Virus record (IMG/VR): IMGVR_UViG_3300033121_002101
Span: 96,001-160,000 of that record
Reading direction: 5' to 3' (one strand)
DNA from: a virus
Lineage: Duplodnaviria; Caudoviricetes
Length of the DNA stretch: 64,000 nucleotides
Position 1 is the stretch's first letter, and each line of letters opens with the position of its first letter. The translations under genes and the position numbers were made by a program. This document shows positions 16,199 to 25,378 of the stretch, piece by piece. The notes beneath the pieces are model-generated. The model did no database searches. It saw only the letters and a list, made by a program, of their open reading frames with translations, and was not told the origin of the DNA.

Positions 16199-18953
16199 TA
16201 GTGTAAATGAAGAAGAAGCTCAGAAACCGTATGCTGAAGTACAGGCTGCTAATACGCAAGCCGTAAAAGATGCGATTTCAGCTAACATCTCTCTTTTACA
16301 AAAACACGGCTTAGTTCCAAAGAAAACACTTGGGAGAGGTCGTAATGGTATTGCTTTTTCTCTAGACGACAATAGAGTAATAAAACTTACAACAGATCAA
16401 GATGAAGCAAAAGCATCTTCTAAGATACAGGGCAAAAAATCAAAAAATGTAGTCAAGATAATTTCTACATTTAAATTTCCGAGCTCAAACGTGTATGGGA
16501 TAGTTCAAGAAAAATTATTCCCTCTTTCTCAAAATGAGAAGAATATGCTTAGTACAGCTCTTAGGATTGTAGATTATTTTGTTAAGCAGATGAAAGAAAA
16601 AGGAACTGGCGGATACAGAGAAGTATACGGCTCAGGATGGCAACATTTCAGTAAAATAATGTTGATGCAAGGTGATGCCAACTTTACAAAAGATGATGTA
16701 AAGAAATCATTGAAAGTTTTATCTGCTTTTAAAATTCCACAAATGATGGATGAATTGCTGTCGCGCGGCATTATGTTTTTTGATTATCATACTGGGAACA
16801 TAATGAAAAATGCTGGCGGCGATTACGTTGTAACAGATCTTGGTGTTTCAACTGTGCATAACGCTTTAGAACCAACACAGATAGAATCTATAAAAAAAGA
16901 AGATGCAAATAACAGTGAGACAGCATTTGAATCTGAACTTCACAAAAATAAAACTCTTCTTATAAAAAACAATATAAGACCAGCAAAATTTATAGCAGCT
17001 GGAACAAGAGGCGAAACTTATCTTTGCGCAGACGGAAAAGTTTTAAAAATTACGATGGATAGATCTGAAGCTGCTGCTAGTTTAAAAGTTCAGGGAAAAG
17101 ATTTGCCAGGTGTTGTAAAAGTATACAAAGTGTTTTGCTTTCCTGGAGACTTAGGGTTTTATGGAATTCTACAAGAAAGACTTTTTCCATTATCAAGTGC
17201 AGATGAAAATAGATTGTCTTGGGCAAACAAAGTAATTGGAAATGTTCTTTCTAATAACGGCGGAATAGCTGTTTATAGGCATGGTTGGCAAGAGATGGTC
17301 AAGAAAATTGGTCAATCACTTGTTAAACTTGGCGTAAAAAAAGGAGATCAGCTTTACAATAACGTAACGTTATGCTTAAGAACATATTCTGAACTTGGTA
17401 TAAAGCAGATGATGGAAAGTCTTGTTGGCATTGGAGTTGCTTTCCATGATTACCATCCAGGAAATGTAATGAGAAGAACAGATGGATCGTTCGTCATAAC
17501 AGATCTTGGAGCTTCAATAGTAAACGGCGAAAATGATATCCCTGTTCTAGAAAAGAATATAAATGAAAGAACAAGTGATACAGTTAGTATTGTAAGATGT
17601 AATATTCTTCCACTGAATAAAGTTCAGTCTGGTTTTATAAGAAATTTAGCAAAAAGCGGAAAAGTCATTATAGTTGATGATTCAGCAGATTTAGATTCAC
17701 TTAAAGAGCTTGTTACAGCTTCATTACCTGATTTAGAAGACTCAATAGAAATATACGGCGGAAAAGGATTGTCTGGTGGAGGCTTGAGCAGAATTTTTAA
17801 AGACTCTCCTGCTCTTAAAAAAGGAATCGCTGTAAATTTGTATTCAACAAATTCAGAACAAGATTATAAAGAACTAGTTTCTATAGGTTCTCCTGTTTTG
17901 AAAAAAGAAATACCTCAAGGAATCTTTAATGCGAAAATTCCAGTGAATAGAGCAGCTGCAAAGAATGAATTAGACCCTCATGTTTTTTCAGATAAAGCGC
18001 GTGAAATAAAAGTGTTTAAAGCGCTTGGAATTGAGTCTTTAAGCAAAACGATTGAAAGTGTTATTATAGAACATTATCTTAAAGATATTGGAGGTGTTGA
18101 AGGAACGAAAAAAATTCTTTCGTATAATCTCCCGTCGATAATGAAAAGGCTTAACAAGAAAAATTTAAATCCACACTTTATAGGTTCTGGAACAAAAGGC
18201 GCTGTTTTTGATATCGGCGATAACAGAGTAATAAAGATTTCAAGCGACGTAAAAGATGTATCATCTGCTGCTAAACTAAAAGGCAAACATTTAAAGCATG
18301 TAACAACAATATACGATGCATTTAAACTTCACAAAGTTCCAGAAGTAAACTATGATGTGTACGGTATAGTTGCAGAAAAGATTGAAATTCTATCAGAAGA
18401 AGAATCAGATCGTTTCAATGAAGCATTTTCGTATGTTCGTGATGCAAGAGATCAAGACAAACTGTTTTCTTTATTAGCTGCAAATAAATTAGAAGAATTT
18501 TTTGATGTATTAAGAAAAGATATAGCAAGTGAAGAAATGGAAAACGCTGTTGGCTCTTCTCTCTCAAAACGCGAAAAAATAATCGCTGGCATACCAAAGC
18601 TTGTTGAAGATAGAGTGCGAATGATATGGGATAGAATGAGAGAGTTCAACATACCAGAAATGATAGAAGAGCTGTCATCAGAAGGCGTTTTATATGCAGA
18701 TTACAAAGGTGACAATATAGGAAAAAGAGCAAGTGGTTCTGGATATGTTTTGCTTGACATAGGCGGTAAGTCACAGGGTGCACCACCCGAAGAACTTGAA
18801 ATGAATGATGAACCAGTAAAGCAAGAAAGCGTTTTTAGTGCAGGTGGTGATATGCATAGAGTTTCACCAACATCATCATTTCAGTCTTCATATTGGAGTA
18901 ATGGAATACGACCCGGAATAACAAACACTGAGGAAAGTGATTTCGATAGTTAA
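16170..18953 (+). CDS. Protein with three tandem protein-kinase-like domains
   Basis: Three Gly loops (GRGRNG, AAGTRG, GSGTKG), V(I/L)K, catalytic loops (DYHTGN, DYHPGN, DYKGDN) and D(L/I)G. Confidence 0.85.
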   Translation: MTLRPSYEIDSVNEEEAQKPYAEVQAANTQAVKDAISANISLLQKHGLVPKKTLGRGRNGIAFSLDDNRVIKLTTDQDEAKASSKIQGKKSKNVVKIISTFKFPSSNVYGIVQEKLFPLSQNEKNMLSTALRIVDYFVKQMKEKGTGGYREVYGSGWQHFSKIMLMQGDANFTKDDVKKSLKVLSAFKIPQMMDELLSRGIMFFDYHTGNIMKNAGGDYVVTDLGVSTVHNALEPTQIESIKKEDANNSETAFESELHKNKTLLIKNNIRPAKFIAAGTRGETYLCADGKVLKITMDRSEAAASLKVQGKDLPGVVKVYKVFCFPGDLGFYGILQERLFPLSSADENRLSWANKVIGNVLSNNGGIAVYRHGWQEMVKKIGQSLVKLGVKKGDQLYNNVTLCLRTYSELGIKQMMESLVGIGVAFHDYHPGNVMRRTDGSFVITDLGASIVNGENDIPVLEKNINERTSDTVSIVRCNILPLNKVQSGFIRNLAKSGKVIIVDDSADLDSLKELVTASLPDLEDSIEIYGGKGLSGGGLSRIFKDSPALKKGIAVNLYSTNSEQDYKELVSIGSPVLKKEIPQGIFNAKIPVNRAAAKNELDPHVFSDKAREIKVFKALGIESLSKTIESVIIEHYLKDIGGVEGTKKILSYNLPSIMKRLNKKNLNPHFIGSGTKGAVFDIGDNRVIKISSDVKDVSSAAKLKGKHLKHVTTIYDAFKLHKVPEVNYDVYGIVAEKIEILSEEESDRFNEAFSYVRDARDQDKLFSLLAANKLEEFFDVLRKDIASEEMENAVGSSLSKREKIIAGIPKLVEDRVRMIWDRMREFNIPEMIEELSSEGVLYADYKGDNIGKRASGSGYVLLDIGGKSQGAPPEELEMNDEPVKQESVFSAGGDMHRVSPTSSFQSSYWSNGIRPGITNTEESDFDS

Positions 18954-19021
18954 ATTTAATTTTACAGATATCGCAAATAATTTATTTGATATATTTGTTT
19001 AATAAGGTCAATTGAGATCTT

Positions 19022-19855
19022 ATGAGGAAGTATTACTTGACAGATGAAAAAACAAAAACATCAGATGAAGAAGTAATTGATCTTGTATTTGACAAGAAAA
19101 AAATTGATTGGAAACAATGGTCTGTTAAAAACAAAACAGAGTTTTCTTCTAACAGAAGAGGAATTGGTTCCGGAGAAGAAAAACTATCAAATGAATTATT
19201 GCTAAATGACATGACAAAAAGTTTTATGTCAGATGGCAATTCAGACTATGATATAATAACAGACATTGGCACATTTGAAGTAAAAGCACCAGACTCTTCA
19301 GGCAGAATACTTACAGCAAGTAAAGGGTATGAAGCTTATAAAGACTTTATGTCTGAATGTTCAAGCATGTTTTTTTCATTTGAACCTTTGCTTTCAAATT
19401 TTAAAGAAGAGTTTGTAGACATGTTTATGTCTAACAAAAATAAATTTGACAAAGGAAATTTTACTGGCAACACGATTCAATTTATAGGCAATGTAATTGA
19501 GATGTTGTCTGAAATAATTGAAGAAGAAAAAAATAAAATGCAAGTAACAGCCATTCATGAATGGTTATCAGATACTTCTGTGTTTTATTCTGATGCTTTA
19601 GTCTTTCCAAGTGAGTGTATATCAGCAGATTATATTGCTCTTGTGTGTGAAGAAGGTTATGCTTTGTTGAGCAGGTTTGATGCTGATAATATATTTAATT
19701 TTCAAGGAGACGTTTGGGGCGGCCGTCCAAAATTCTTCTCTGAACAAGCAACAAAAAAGAATCGAAATAAAGTTTTACAAACAAAAAAACGAAATAAAAA
19801 GCTTGATAAAATAAAAACAATAGAAAACTTACAAAAAAAAGGAAGATGGATATAA
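19022..19855 (+). CDS. Putative PD-(D/E)xK nuclease
   Basis: GSGEE...SDYDIITDIGTFEVKAP pattern; basic C-terminus. Confidence 0.45.
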   Translation: MRKYYLTDEKTKTSDEEVIDLVFDKKKIDWKQWSVKNKTEFSSNRRGIGSGEEKLSNELLLNDMTKSFMSDGNSDYDIITDIGTFEVKAPDSSGRILTASKGYEAYKDFMSECSSMFFSFEPLLSNFKEEFVDMFMSNKNKFDKGNFTGNTIQFIGNVIEMLSEIIEEEKNKMQVTAIHEWLSDTSVFYSDALVFPSECISADYIALVCEEGYALLSRFDADNIFNFQGDVWGGRPKFFSEQATKKNRNKVLQTKKRNKKLDKIKTIENLQKKGRWI

Positions 19856-19858
19856 AAA

Positions 19859-20743
19859 ATGGCAACAATTGAACAAATGAGAGAAAAGCTTCGTAAACTT
19901 AATGAACGTGGTGGTGGGTCGAACAAGAAATGGTTCCCAAAAGACAAACACGTTGTTAGATTATTACCTCTTACTGGTCAAGAAGAACCGTATAAGGTAA
20001 TTTGGTTTCATTACAACTTAGGAAAGTTTCCACTTTATTGTCCAAAGCAGAACAGTGGATCTGATTGTAGTGTATGTGATCTTTCTGCTGCTTTAAAAGA
20101 GTGGGATGATGATAAGTCAGAGGCTGATCGTAAAGCAGATTTCAAGCAAGGTTGCAAGCTTGAAGCAGGTCCAAAGTATTATTTTTCGATGGTTGAGAGA
20201 GTAACTGATGCCGAATCGAAGAAAGTTACAAACAGCCAACCTGCTTGGTGGTCTTTAAATGAAAATGCTTTTAAAGAACTCGGCAACATTATTACAAAAG
20301 ATGACTCGCTAGAAATTCATACTGAGTCAATGGCTGCGTTGAAGTTAGATCCTGTTGATGACGTGTGGCAAGTTTTAGTTAATTCAAAAACTGCTTTTGA
20401 CATTGAAGTTGACCTTAGAAAAGCAAACAACGAAGATGGCAAAGGTAATGCAAAGAAATTTAATCAAACTGTCATTACAGAGAAAAAGAGATGTTCTCCT
20501 CTTTCAAAAGATCAAGCAGAAGAGAAAAAGATACTTGAATCAATTCCAGATTTTTCTGGCGTAGAAAAGTCATTAACATCTGATGAGATTAATAAGCATC
20601 TTGAAACTTTCTTGTCTGCTGGATCGAAAGATGCAAAGTCTGATTCTGATGGTACGGAAAAGTCTGCTGATGTAAATAATGAGAAGCCAGCTGACGGCAA
20701 GAGATCTGTAGAAGATGCACTTGCTGACATAATGAAAGACTGA
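19859..20743 (+). CDS. Single-stranded DNA-binding protein (T4 gp32-like)
   Basis: VVRLLP, FHYN...CP...CSVC zinc ligands, acidic C-tail; upstream of RecA. Confidence 0.8.
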   Translation: MATIEQMREKLRKLNERGGGSNKKWFPKDKHVVRLLPLTGQEEPYKVIWFHYNLGKFPLYCPKQNSGSDCSVCDLSAALKEWDDDKSEADRKADFKQGCKLEAGPKYYFSMVERVTDAESKKVTNSQPAWWSLNENAFKELGNIITKDDSLEIHTESMAALKLDPVDDVWQVLVNSKTAFDIEVDLRKANNEDGKGNAKKFNQTVITEKKRCSPLSKDQAEEKKILESIPDFSGVEKSLTSDEINKHLETFLSAGSKDAKSDSDGTEKSADVNNEKPADGKRSVEDALADIMKD

Positions 20744-20838
20744 TTTTTCTTTACAAAAGAGCAGTAAGCTTGTGTTTTTGCGTCTATGAAACGCAATAAT
20801 ATTTGCTTATTGTTCTTTTGTCATTTAGGAAATAATTT

Positions 20839-21306
20839 ATGAAAACAATAAGCGGAATAATAACAGGATGTCATCCGTTGCTTGACGGATTTAAAGTTGT
20901 TGTACTTGACACAGACACATCACCATCTAAAAACGATGAGCTGATGTATCTTGTTATATCAATAGACGGATACAACTTAACAGAAAATCTCTTTTTAAGT
21001 TTTAAAAATATAGATCAGTTATCTCTTGTAAAAGAAAATGAATTTACCGCTACAAAAGAAAATGGTGTTGGTAAGTTTTTAGCTTCAAATGTCTATGATA
21101 TAGACGGTAATAAATTAACAATAAACAAATTTACTAACAGCACACATGTAAATTTAAGATATGACAGTAAAAAACATGTTGAAGATGCTGTTTTTTGGGG
21201 CGACTTTGATATAGAAAGTTTCTTAGAAAAGTCGTTGCATCAAATGATTTTTGAAATGAGAAAACTAAGATCTACAAAAGAAACGGAGAATAACAGTGGC
21301 GCCTAA
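20839..21306 (+). CDS. Hypothetical protein
   Basis: 155-aa ORF overlapping the recA start. Confidence 0.6.
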   Translation: MKTISGIITGCHPLLDGFKVVVLDTDTSPSKNDELMYLVISIDGYNLTENLFLSFKNIDQLSLVKENEFTATKENGVGKFLASNVYDIDGNKLTINKFTNSTHVNLRYDSKKHVEDAVFWGDFDIESFLEKSLHQMIFEMRKLRSTKETENNSGA

Positions 21307-22504
21307 AAAAAAGGTAACAGAAGAAAAAGATTCATCGCAATCTGATGTAGATCCAGCTAAGATTCTAAAAACACTTAAAGATAGCTTTAACAAAGATAAA
21401 GGCGATGACGACTATGTCGCATGGAATCTTTCAGTAGATGAAAATCCAACTTCTGTCAAAGAATTTATTTCTACTGGTAGTACTTTGCTAGACTATATTG
21501 TTTCTAATAGAAGAAACGGCGGAATTCCAGTAGGAAAGATTACTGAGATTCAGGGTGAAGAAGCTTCTGGAAAGTCTCTTATAGCTGCACACATAATTGC
21601 AAATGTTCAAGCAAAGGGTGGCGTTGCTGTTTACATCGATACTGAAAATGCAATGAACCCTGAGTTTGCAAAACAAGTTGGTGTTGACCTATCAAAAGTT
21701 TTATACCTACAGCCAGGAACGATTGAAGCTTGTTTTGAAGCAATAGAAAAATGCATAACATTTGTTAGAACAAAAAATTCAAATGCGCTGTTCGTGATAA
21801 TTTGGGATTCAATTGCGGCGACACCACCACAAGCAGAAATAGAAGGCGATTACGATCCAAACTCAAGAATTGGATTAATGGCAAAAGCGCTTGCAAAGGG
21901 AATGAGAAAACTTACAAACACGTTTGGAAAAGAGCGTGTAACGATGGTCTTTACAAATCAGCTTAAGATGAGACCTGGCGTGATGTACGGTGACCCATTT
22001 GTAACTCCAGGCGGAAAAGCGATTCCGTATCATGCTTCTGCAAGAATAAGACTTTCAAGTTCTACAAAACTTAAAGATCAAAAGACAAATGAAGTTTTTG
22101 GAATTAAGACAAACGGAAAGATAGTGAAAACAAGATTAGGACCGCCGCACAGATCTTGTACATTTCAGATACACTTCTCAAGCGGAATCGATGATGTAGG
22201 TTCATGGAGAGATTTCTTGCATGAAAGAAAAATCATAGAAAAAAGAGCTGGTTACATGATAATGGAAAATGTACCAGGAGAAGATGTTATTGATCAAAAA
22301 ACTGGTGAGATTAAACCAGGAGAAGATATTGCTGAATTGAAGTTCAGAGAGTCTGAATGGAATACACTTATTGAAACTCGTCCGATGTTTAAAGAATATG
22401 TTCTCTCTCTTTTAGAGAAGTTAATGATAGTCGCATATGACAGTAAAGCTCCTCAGGTAGACTCAGATTCTATAATTGAAGAAGTTTCAGACCACGATGA
22501 ATAA
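21296..22504 (+). CDS. uvsX: RecA/UvsX recombinase
   Basis: ISTGSTLLD, GEEASGKS, YIDTE, IIWDS, FTNQL, TPGGKAIPYHAS. Confidence 0.95.
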   Translation: MAPKKKVTEEKDSSQSDVDPAKILKTLKDSFNKDKGDDDYVAWNLSVDENPTSVKEFISTGSTLLDYIVSNRRNGGIPVGKITEIQGEEASGKSLIAAHIIANVQAKGGVAVYIDTENAMNPEFAKQVGVDLSKVLYLQPGTIEACFEAIEKCITFVRTKNSNALFVIIWDSIAATPPQAEIEGDYDPNSRIGLMAKALAKGMRKLTNTFGKERVTMVFTNQLKMRPGVMYGDPFVTPGGKAIPYHASARIRLSSSTKLKDQKTNEVFGIKTNGKIVKTRLGPPHRSCTFQIHFSSGIDDVGSWRDFLHERKIIEKRAGYMIMENVPGEDVIDQKTGEIKPGEDIAELKFRESEWNTLIETRPMFKEYVLSLLEKLMIVAYDSKAPQVDSDSIIEEVSDHDE

Positions 22505-22552
22505 TAAATGAACTTTATTCGTTGATAAAATTTCATCGATCATATTCAACAG

Positions 22553-22969
22553 ATGCTGTCAGGTTTTATTAAAGCAGGGTCATTTATAAGATTCACTTAT
22601 AGTGGCTTAAAATCAGAAGATAAAAATAAAGAAATTCTTGTTTTGCATCCAAACTGGTTGGGTGAAGTTCACGGATTGGATCTCAAAAGAATTACTCCTG
22701 CTGAAAGAAAAGTATTAGAAGCAATTCTAGATCCTGAAACTAAAAATAAACAGCATCCATATCCTTTAGTGAATGACATTTTAAGAAGAATGGATCCGAT
22801 TGCGGAATTAAAAAATCCGCTTTCTGCATATCACAAACTTATAAAGCCGTTTATTAGAGATAAAAATTGTTATAGAAGATATAAAATATCTTTAATGTCT
22901 GCCACGCAAGTTATTAAAAAGTCTGCGATGGAAGGGCATGTAATAAATCCAAAACCACTTTTTAAGTGA
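22553..22969 (+). CDS. T4 gp2-like DNA end protector (tentative)
   Basis: FTY..K..D...ILVL...HGLDLKRITP...CYRRY resembles gp2-family motifs. Confidence 0.45.
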   Translation: MLSGFIKAGSFIRFTYSGLKSEDKNKEILVLHPNWLGEVHGLDLKRITPAERKVLEAILDPETKNKQHPYPLVNDILRRMDPIAELKNPLSAYHKLIKPFIRDKNCYRRYKISLMSATQVIKKSAMEGHVINPKPLFK

Positions 22970-22976
22970 GAAGTTT

Positions 22977-23981
22977 ATGGCGTTTGTAATAGCGTACAAG
23001 CCAACTTTTGTAATAGTTGATGCTTACAATTTTTTTATTAGACACTATGTTGTCAATCCGACAATGGACTCAAACGGTGAAGCTGCTGGCGGAGTCGTTG
23101 GCACTCTCAAGGGATTGAGAAATCTCGTTGATCGTTTTAAACCTACAGCAATGTTTGTTTGCTGGGATGGTGAAGGAAGTGCTGAAAGAAGAAGATCGAT
23201 AAGATCTGAATACAAAGAAGGAAGAAAAGTCAGACTAAACAGAGAGTATGACTTTGACTCTGATGCAAAAGTTGAGCTTAAGAATATGGATTCTCAGGTA
23301 AAACGTGTATCTGAGTATATTGATATGCTAGGTGTTCACCAGGTGCGTGCTGCGGGCGTTGAAGCCGATGATATTATAGCATACCTATCTACAATTCTTG
23401 GTGACTGTAGATGCATTGTAGTGTCTACGGACAGCGATTTACTTCAAATTGTAAATGACGATGTCCAAGTATACAATCCTGTAAAAGATCAAATAATAAG
23501 AAAAGAAGACGTTTTAAAAGAAAAAGATTGTCTACCTTCGAACTTTGCATGCTTAAAAGCAATATGCGGAGATAAAGGTGACAATGTTTCTGGCGTTCCT
23601 GGCGTTGGACCAAAATCTGTTACAAAACTTGTTCCAGAGTTAGCTACAGAAGAAGACATGGGATTGGGAAAAGTTCTTGATTTGATAGACGAGAGAGTTT
23701 CTGTTGGCAAAAAGAAAGACAAAAAAGCAGAAGCAATATCTGCAATGAGAGATCACATAGAAGAAAACATGAAATTGGTATCTCTAAAAGATCCACTTAT
23801 GTCAGCCGATGCTGCAAGATACGTTAGATCATCGTTAGAAGTCGTCAATGAATTTAAACCAATGAATGTTCGAATTAAATTGATTAATGATGGTATACAA
23901 TTAAGTGAAGATATCGATCGACAATTCACTGCAATGGCAAGCAGAAGTTCATTGTGGGCAAAAAGCAAGAAGGAAAAATGA
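22977..23981 (+). CDS. 5'-3' exonuclease/flap endonuclease (T4 RNase H-like)
   Basis: IVDAYN, CWDG, EYKEGR, EADDIIA, STDSDLLQ, GDKGDNVSGVPGVGPK. Confidence 0.95.
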   Translation: MAFVIAYKPTFVIVDAYNFFIRHYVVNPTMDSNGEAAGGVVGTLKGLRNLVDRFKPTAMFVCWDGEGSAERRRSIRSEYKEGRKVRLNREYDFDSDAKVELKNMDSQVKRVSEYIDMLGVHQVRAAGVEADDIIAYLSTILGDCRCIVVSTDSDLLQIVNDDVQVYNPVKDQIIRKEDVLKEKDCLPSNFACLKAICGDKGDNVSGVPGVGPKSVTKLVPELATEEDMGLGKVLDLIDERVSVGKKKDKKAEAISAMRDHIEENMKLVSLKDPLMSADAARYVRSSLEVVNEFKPMNVRIKLINDGIQLSEDIDRQFTAMASRSSLWAKSKKEK

Positions 23982-25378
23982 GCGAAAATATAGTTGAAAC
24001 ATTTGATAAAATGGGTAGACAGTATCAAGAGAAAGTTCTTGCTGCTGTTCTAACAGATATAAGTTTTGCAGACCAGATGTCAGATGTTCTTAAACCAAGT
24101 TATTTTTCTTTTACTCATTTGGAATCAATAGCAAGAGCATTCTTTAGCTATCATTCTAAGCATGGAAGCTTTCCAACTATTTCTTTGATACCAACACTTT
24201 TAAAACATGATCCAAAGTGGATGACAGATGAATTGACTCAAGAAATTGTTTCAAAGTATTTGGCGTCTGTTATTGATTCTCCGCTCTGTGGAGATAGAAA
24301 CTGGATAGAAGAAAGCAGCTTAGATTTTTGCAGAAGGCAAGCTGTAATAGAAGCAGTTGAAGGAATTCTCACAGACGTAGATAAATCAGATTACTCTCTG
24401 ATGAGAAAGAGAATGCAAGATGCACTTGAAAAAGGATCGAAAAAAGATTTTGGTCATGAAATTAGTGATGAGCTTTCGATTGAAGCAAGAGCGAAAAAAG
24501 CAGTTAGAGAACCGATAAGCACTGGATGGCCACCGCTAGATAAGGTTTTGAATGGTGGCTTGAAAAGAAAGACACTATCTACATTTATTGCAGCAACAGG
24601 CGCAGGAAAAAGCATGTTTCTTGTAAATGTTGGGTGTGCATTGGCGCAACAAGGATATAATGTTGTATACTTTTCACTTGAACTTAGCGAAGAAGATATA
24701 GCATTACGCTGTGATTCATATTTCGGAAACATTCCAATCGATTCAGTACCAGATAATACTGATAAGATTATTGATATAATGAAAAATGTTCCCGGAAGAA
24801 TGATTATCAAAGAGTATCCTACAAAAAGAGCTACGATAGATACTTTAAGAAATCATTTAGAGAGATTAAGATTAACAAAAAACTTTGTAGCAGATGCTGT
24901 AATAGTAGATTACGCTGATTTGCTTAAATCAATCGGCAATCATTCAGAAAGTAGACACGGTTTAACTGAAAATTATCAAGAACTAAGAGCATTTGCTTCA
25001 GATTATAATGTAATATGTGTAACAGCAGATCAAACAAATAGAGTTGGTCTTGAAACAGATCTCGTTACTATCGGTGAGATTGGCGAATGTTATGCAAAAG
25101 CATTAATTTGTGATTTGATTATGACAATTACTAGAAACCAGCAAATGAAATCAGAAGGAAGAGGAAGACTTTACAATGCAAAGTCAAGATTGGGTAAAGA
25201 CGGACAGGTTTTTGACTTTATGATGGACACAGACAAGTCTGTACGAGTAGAAATGTTAGATTTTGGATCTGAACCTATAACAGCAATGGCAAAAGACCCT
25301 GAAAGGAATAGACAGAGGATGAGAGAGATCATGGATGACATTAAAACAAAAGCTATCGCCAAGGAGAGCTATCAATGA
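23978..25378 (+). CDS. DnaB-family replicative helicase (gp41-like)
   Basis: STGWPPLD, ATGAGKS, SLELSE, IKEYPT, IVDYADL, TADQTNR; ATG 23978 overlaps the upstream stop. Confidence 0.93.
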   Translation: MSENIVETFDKMGRQYQEKVLAAVLTDISFADQMSDVLKPSYFSFTHLESIARAFFSYHSKHGSFPTISLIPTLLKHDPKWMTDELTQEIVSKYLASVIDSPLCGDRNWIEESSLDFCRRQAVIEAVEGILTDVDKSDYSLMRKRMQDALEKGSKKDFGHEISDELSIEARAKKAVREPISTGWPPLDKVLNGGLKRKTLSTFIAATGAGKSMFLVNVGCALAQQGYNVVYFSLELSEEDIALRCDSYFGNIPIDSVPDNTDKIIDIMKNVPGRMIIKEYPTKRATIDTLRNHLERLRLTKNFVADAVIVDYADLLKSIGNHSESRHGLTENYQELRAFASDYNVICVTADQTNRVGLETDLVTIGEIGECYAKALICDLIMTITRNQQMKSEGRGRLYNAKSRLGKDGQVFDFMMDTDKSVRVEMLDFGSEPITAMAKDPERNRQRMREIMDDIKTKAIAKESYQ

